The notes below the pieces were generated by a model that was not told the origin of the DNA, made no database searches, and saw only the letters and a list, made by a program, of their open reading frames with translations. Positions 63,501-64,000 of a stretch of 64,000 nucleotides of DNA are shown in pieces (position 1 is the stretch's first letter; every line of letters starts with the position of its first letter). The DNA comes from an uncultured Candidatus Binatia bacterium. GTDB taxonomy: Bacteria; Desulfobacterota; Binatia; UBA9968; JAJDTQ01. The stretch is from the NCBI GenBank assembly GCA_965213675.1, contig OZ243916.1:1472001-1536000 (forward strand), read 5' to 3'. The translations under genes were made by a program, and so were the position numbers.

Positions 63501-64000
63501 ACGGTGGGGTCGTCGTCAACGATGGTGGCGGTCACCGTGGTCTTCGAAGTGTCGAGGCTGAGGCCGGTGACGGCGCTCGGCAGCGACAGCGTGGCGGTGA
63601 AGGTCTCATCGGGCTCATCGGTGGTGTCGCCGTTGACGGTGAAGGTCACCGCCTTGCTCGACTGACCGGACGCGATCTCGAGATCGGCGTTCGAGCCGCC
63701 GCTGCCGGTGCAGGCGGCGTTGCTGCTCGTGCCGAAGCCGCGGTAGTCGGCGGAAGCGCCGCGGCTGGCGCTGCCGTCGGCGAGGCAGACGCGGAAGGTG
63801 ACGGGGCCGTTGCCGGTGGAGAGGCTGGCGTTGACGCTGCCGGTAGTCTGCCCGGCATCGGTCTCGTTGATGCTGAGCGCGGTGGCGGACCAGCCGATGC
63901 TGCGCGGGTCGTTCACCAGCACCGTGAAGCGGTTGTTCGTGCCGTGGGGGTCGGCGCCGCCGCCGACGTTGGTGTCCGCGTCGTTGTCGAACTGCGTGTT
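57596..64000 (-). CDS. Giant Calx-beta repeat adhesin with C-terminal beta-barrel (5' end outside window)
   Basis: Frame stays open to 64000; repeated DxxDEPDETF..T.TI.DDD modules; AWLARFGRTVA helix, then barrel ending in TRW. Confidence 0.9.
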   Translation of the reverse strand, partial: NTQFDNDADTNVGGGADPHGTNNRFTVLVNDPRSIGWSATALSINETDAGQTTGSVNASLSTGNGPVTFRVCLADGSASRGASADYRGFGTSSNAACTGSGGSNADLEIASGQSSKAVTFTVNGDTTDEPDETFTATLSLPSAVTGLSLDTSKTTVTATIVDDDPTVVSLARVGSGAIYEAGKAEFTVTLGRALVAGEIIDVPLSTSGTNITTGDWNLAKKAGAANTGVSLSNVTGQNPNVRFTGAGARVATLELTATVDGTTESGGETLTLALGPDGSGANGFDRSTLATNVGGGADPHGSNNSFNLTINDGRTIGWQTTAVTVNESSNAVNLNAELSEGTGPVSFRVCLAGESATFGDDFTGVVRSTSRCTGSGGNNADPSIGSGASSKQVSPGIDQSVLDEPRETFTATLSLPSAIAGLSVDSAKSTATVTIVDKDPTLVTLSAPTGSVSENGGTKTLTLGLGRALVSPEVLTVPLNFGGVANRNSEYTVACASAQGVQCNNLNSGNASVTFTGGANASATATLTITGIEDNVEEGSESVTVSLGTLDANSGTNLDGGASGSGLSSGSVDFNLSEIPTIAFERDNYEVTEGGTLDVVLVLSQELEGWVIGVFDYEYESAGRRDTQFDSEIFSWFEPGQTRLSVSVPISQDDHYERDETFRLEVRYAREYTTRGGSNVRTNIHGTKLHGPPPATTTITIRDDEEAQAGVTVRPVSLPVTEGGQPQDYRLVLNRAPAANVTVIATSQNERRAQVHSGQDAPARQTTLTFTPGNWNEPQPVSVTAMQDSDTHDHVVRIDHEVRGTGEYANVTAEQMVVVITDDDTEVQPLISIYPDSGRAITEGSTARFRVIATPAPSGSIDVNVTVAESGDFADSGQTGARTVTIGNGGRTGFLHVTTDNDSDDEANGTITATVDPGNGYDPDAVFDSASITVQDNDDATRPEASFTASSSTAGEGAGTRNIQVDFDPALTTGITLRYDVSGNATGGGNDYSISGAGSLQVSAGASSASIPVSIIDDSRDEPNETVRLSLTSGSGSGYQLGGQTVHTLTITDNDDPPPATPVVSISGSGTITEGGTATFNLSATPAPQSQITVNIDVVDSGSFANSGQSGSRQVTIGTGGSGTLTVTTDNDTTDEPDGSLTATIASGQGYSPSSSSGSASIAVNDDDLPPPTPAVSISGGGAITEGGTATFTLSASPAPQGSISVNVDVTQSGNFARGGQTGTRRITIGGSGTATFSVTTNNDSTDEPNGSISAAVRSGTGYTVHSQSGSYSVTVNDDDEPLPQISISRDAASVGEGQAASFTLSASPTPTADLVVHLDISQRGDFAAEGTTGEKTVTFSANTATATHTVATVDDDSDERDGTVTARVVSRSHYRVASTNEASVSVTDDDVPVPEIRVTSEQATRPAFPNSPDFEGTTLKFTLHADVAPEADLEVTVQVAEPGNAFVNSADAGTRQVTIPARQEQATLSVRTIDDSIEEDPSSATVTTTVQSGTGYTVAAAPRNEAEATIHDNDGLPTLSISDGSAEEGDEVYFQVTLSKPVAHKVSFTYSTESGTLDGQNYGNARQSEDYPFTSNNATIYPGSERFEIWIPTFDDAHDEGDETFTVILYYPENATIDDGEGTGTIKNSDPLPDAWLARFGRTVAEQALDGITARMEASRTPGLQGRVGGHALGGREVAGSGQEPVTAAPGTGSYARPTGNRAGPVPDPGTLGYGPGVPGPHGAGRMMRGRELLAGSAFTLTGDPDAKDGAVAFWGRGAYTRFDGKEKALSLDGEVTAAMLGADYARDRWLLGLALVQGWGDGGYNDPGTGSGKLDSTLTAAIPYGAVQATERLKLWGAAGYGQGRVTYEPEENFTGAQLGSALKADTGWRLAATGLRGDLPAPSFASGLAWAVVSDGMWVRTTSDRNGELAASEADVTRFRLGLKGSWTLAPGTLESSSAWGGGALTPRLEAGVRHDGGDAETGFGIELGGGVTWIVPRYGLDIDVRGRTLLSHEADGRRDRGFSGAVAYDPDPASQRGLSFTLRHELGGQASGGLDALFDAESIGERPGSELMPRWTAEAAWGLPAFSGLYTGSPHVGYGLAPNGREYTLGWRLEPAPNGPDFSLGIKTTRRDSDHAPAEHRFGLEIRTRW

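Overview
GC-rich bacterial chromosome segment. Gene content (TamAB, EutA-like/cupin pair, tandem ThDP enzymes, giant Calx-beta adhesin, selenoprotein) suggests a Gram-negative, deltaproteobacteria-like or Binatota-like, possibly host-associated organism; this is inference only. In order: a partial ornithine cyclodeaminase-family gene; a SAM-I riboswitch leading a moeB/thiF - thrC-like - sulfur carrier - cysM operon; tatA and HU; a ~4 kb decayed accessory island (hsdR and type III res stubs, nonsense-inactivated toxin plus antitoxin, IS3, istB stub); folD-gcvTHP; DHH phosphoesterase, cupin and a lipoprotein/TPR-like pair; RidA; crotonase and ALDH; an ABC exporter; a second thrC; EutA-like plus bicupin; MscS; MFS; a NitT/TauT ABC importer with a hydroxy-acid oxidase; tamAB; a Dabb-cysteine hydrolase fusion; a CmcJ/NvfI enzyme; two ThDP enzymes; DUF4399; EamA; and the 3' part of a giant Calx-beta autotransporter-like gene. 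Highlights not in the ORF track: (1) a 74-aa glutaredoxin-like protein with two in-frame UGA codons, each followed by a SECIS-like hairpin; (2) three sequence families of ~160-bp hairpin MITE-like elements, two of them with a strand-specific tandem G.A stem supported by covariation, including a three-element tandem array; (3) a REP hairpin flanked by outward-running G-rich minisatellites; (4) a SAM-controlled operon that may make both homocysteine and cysteine on one sulfur-carrier protein. All calls are by eye; no database searches were run.
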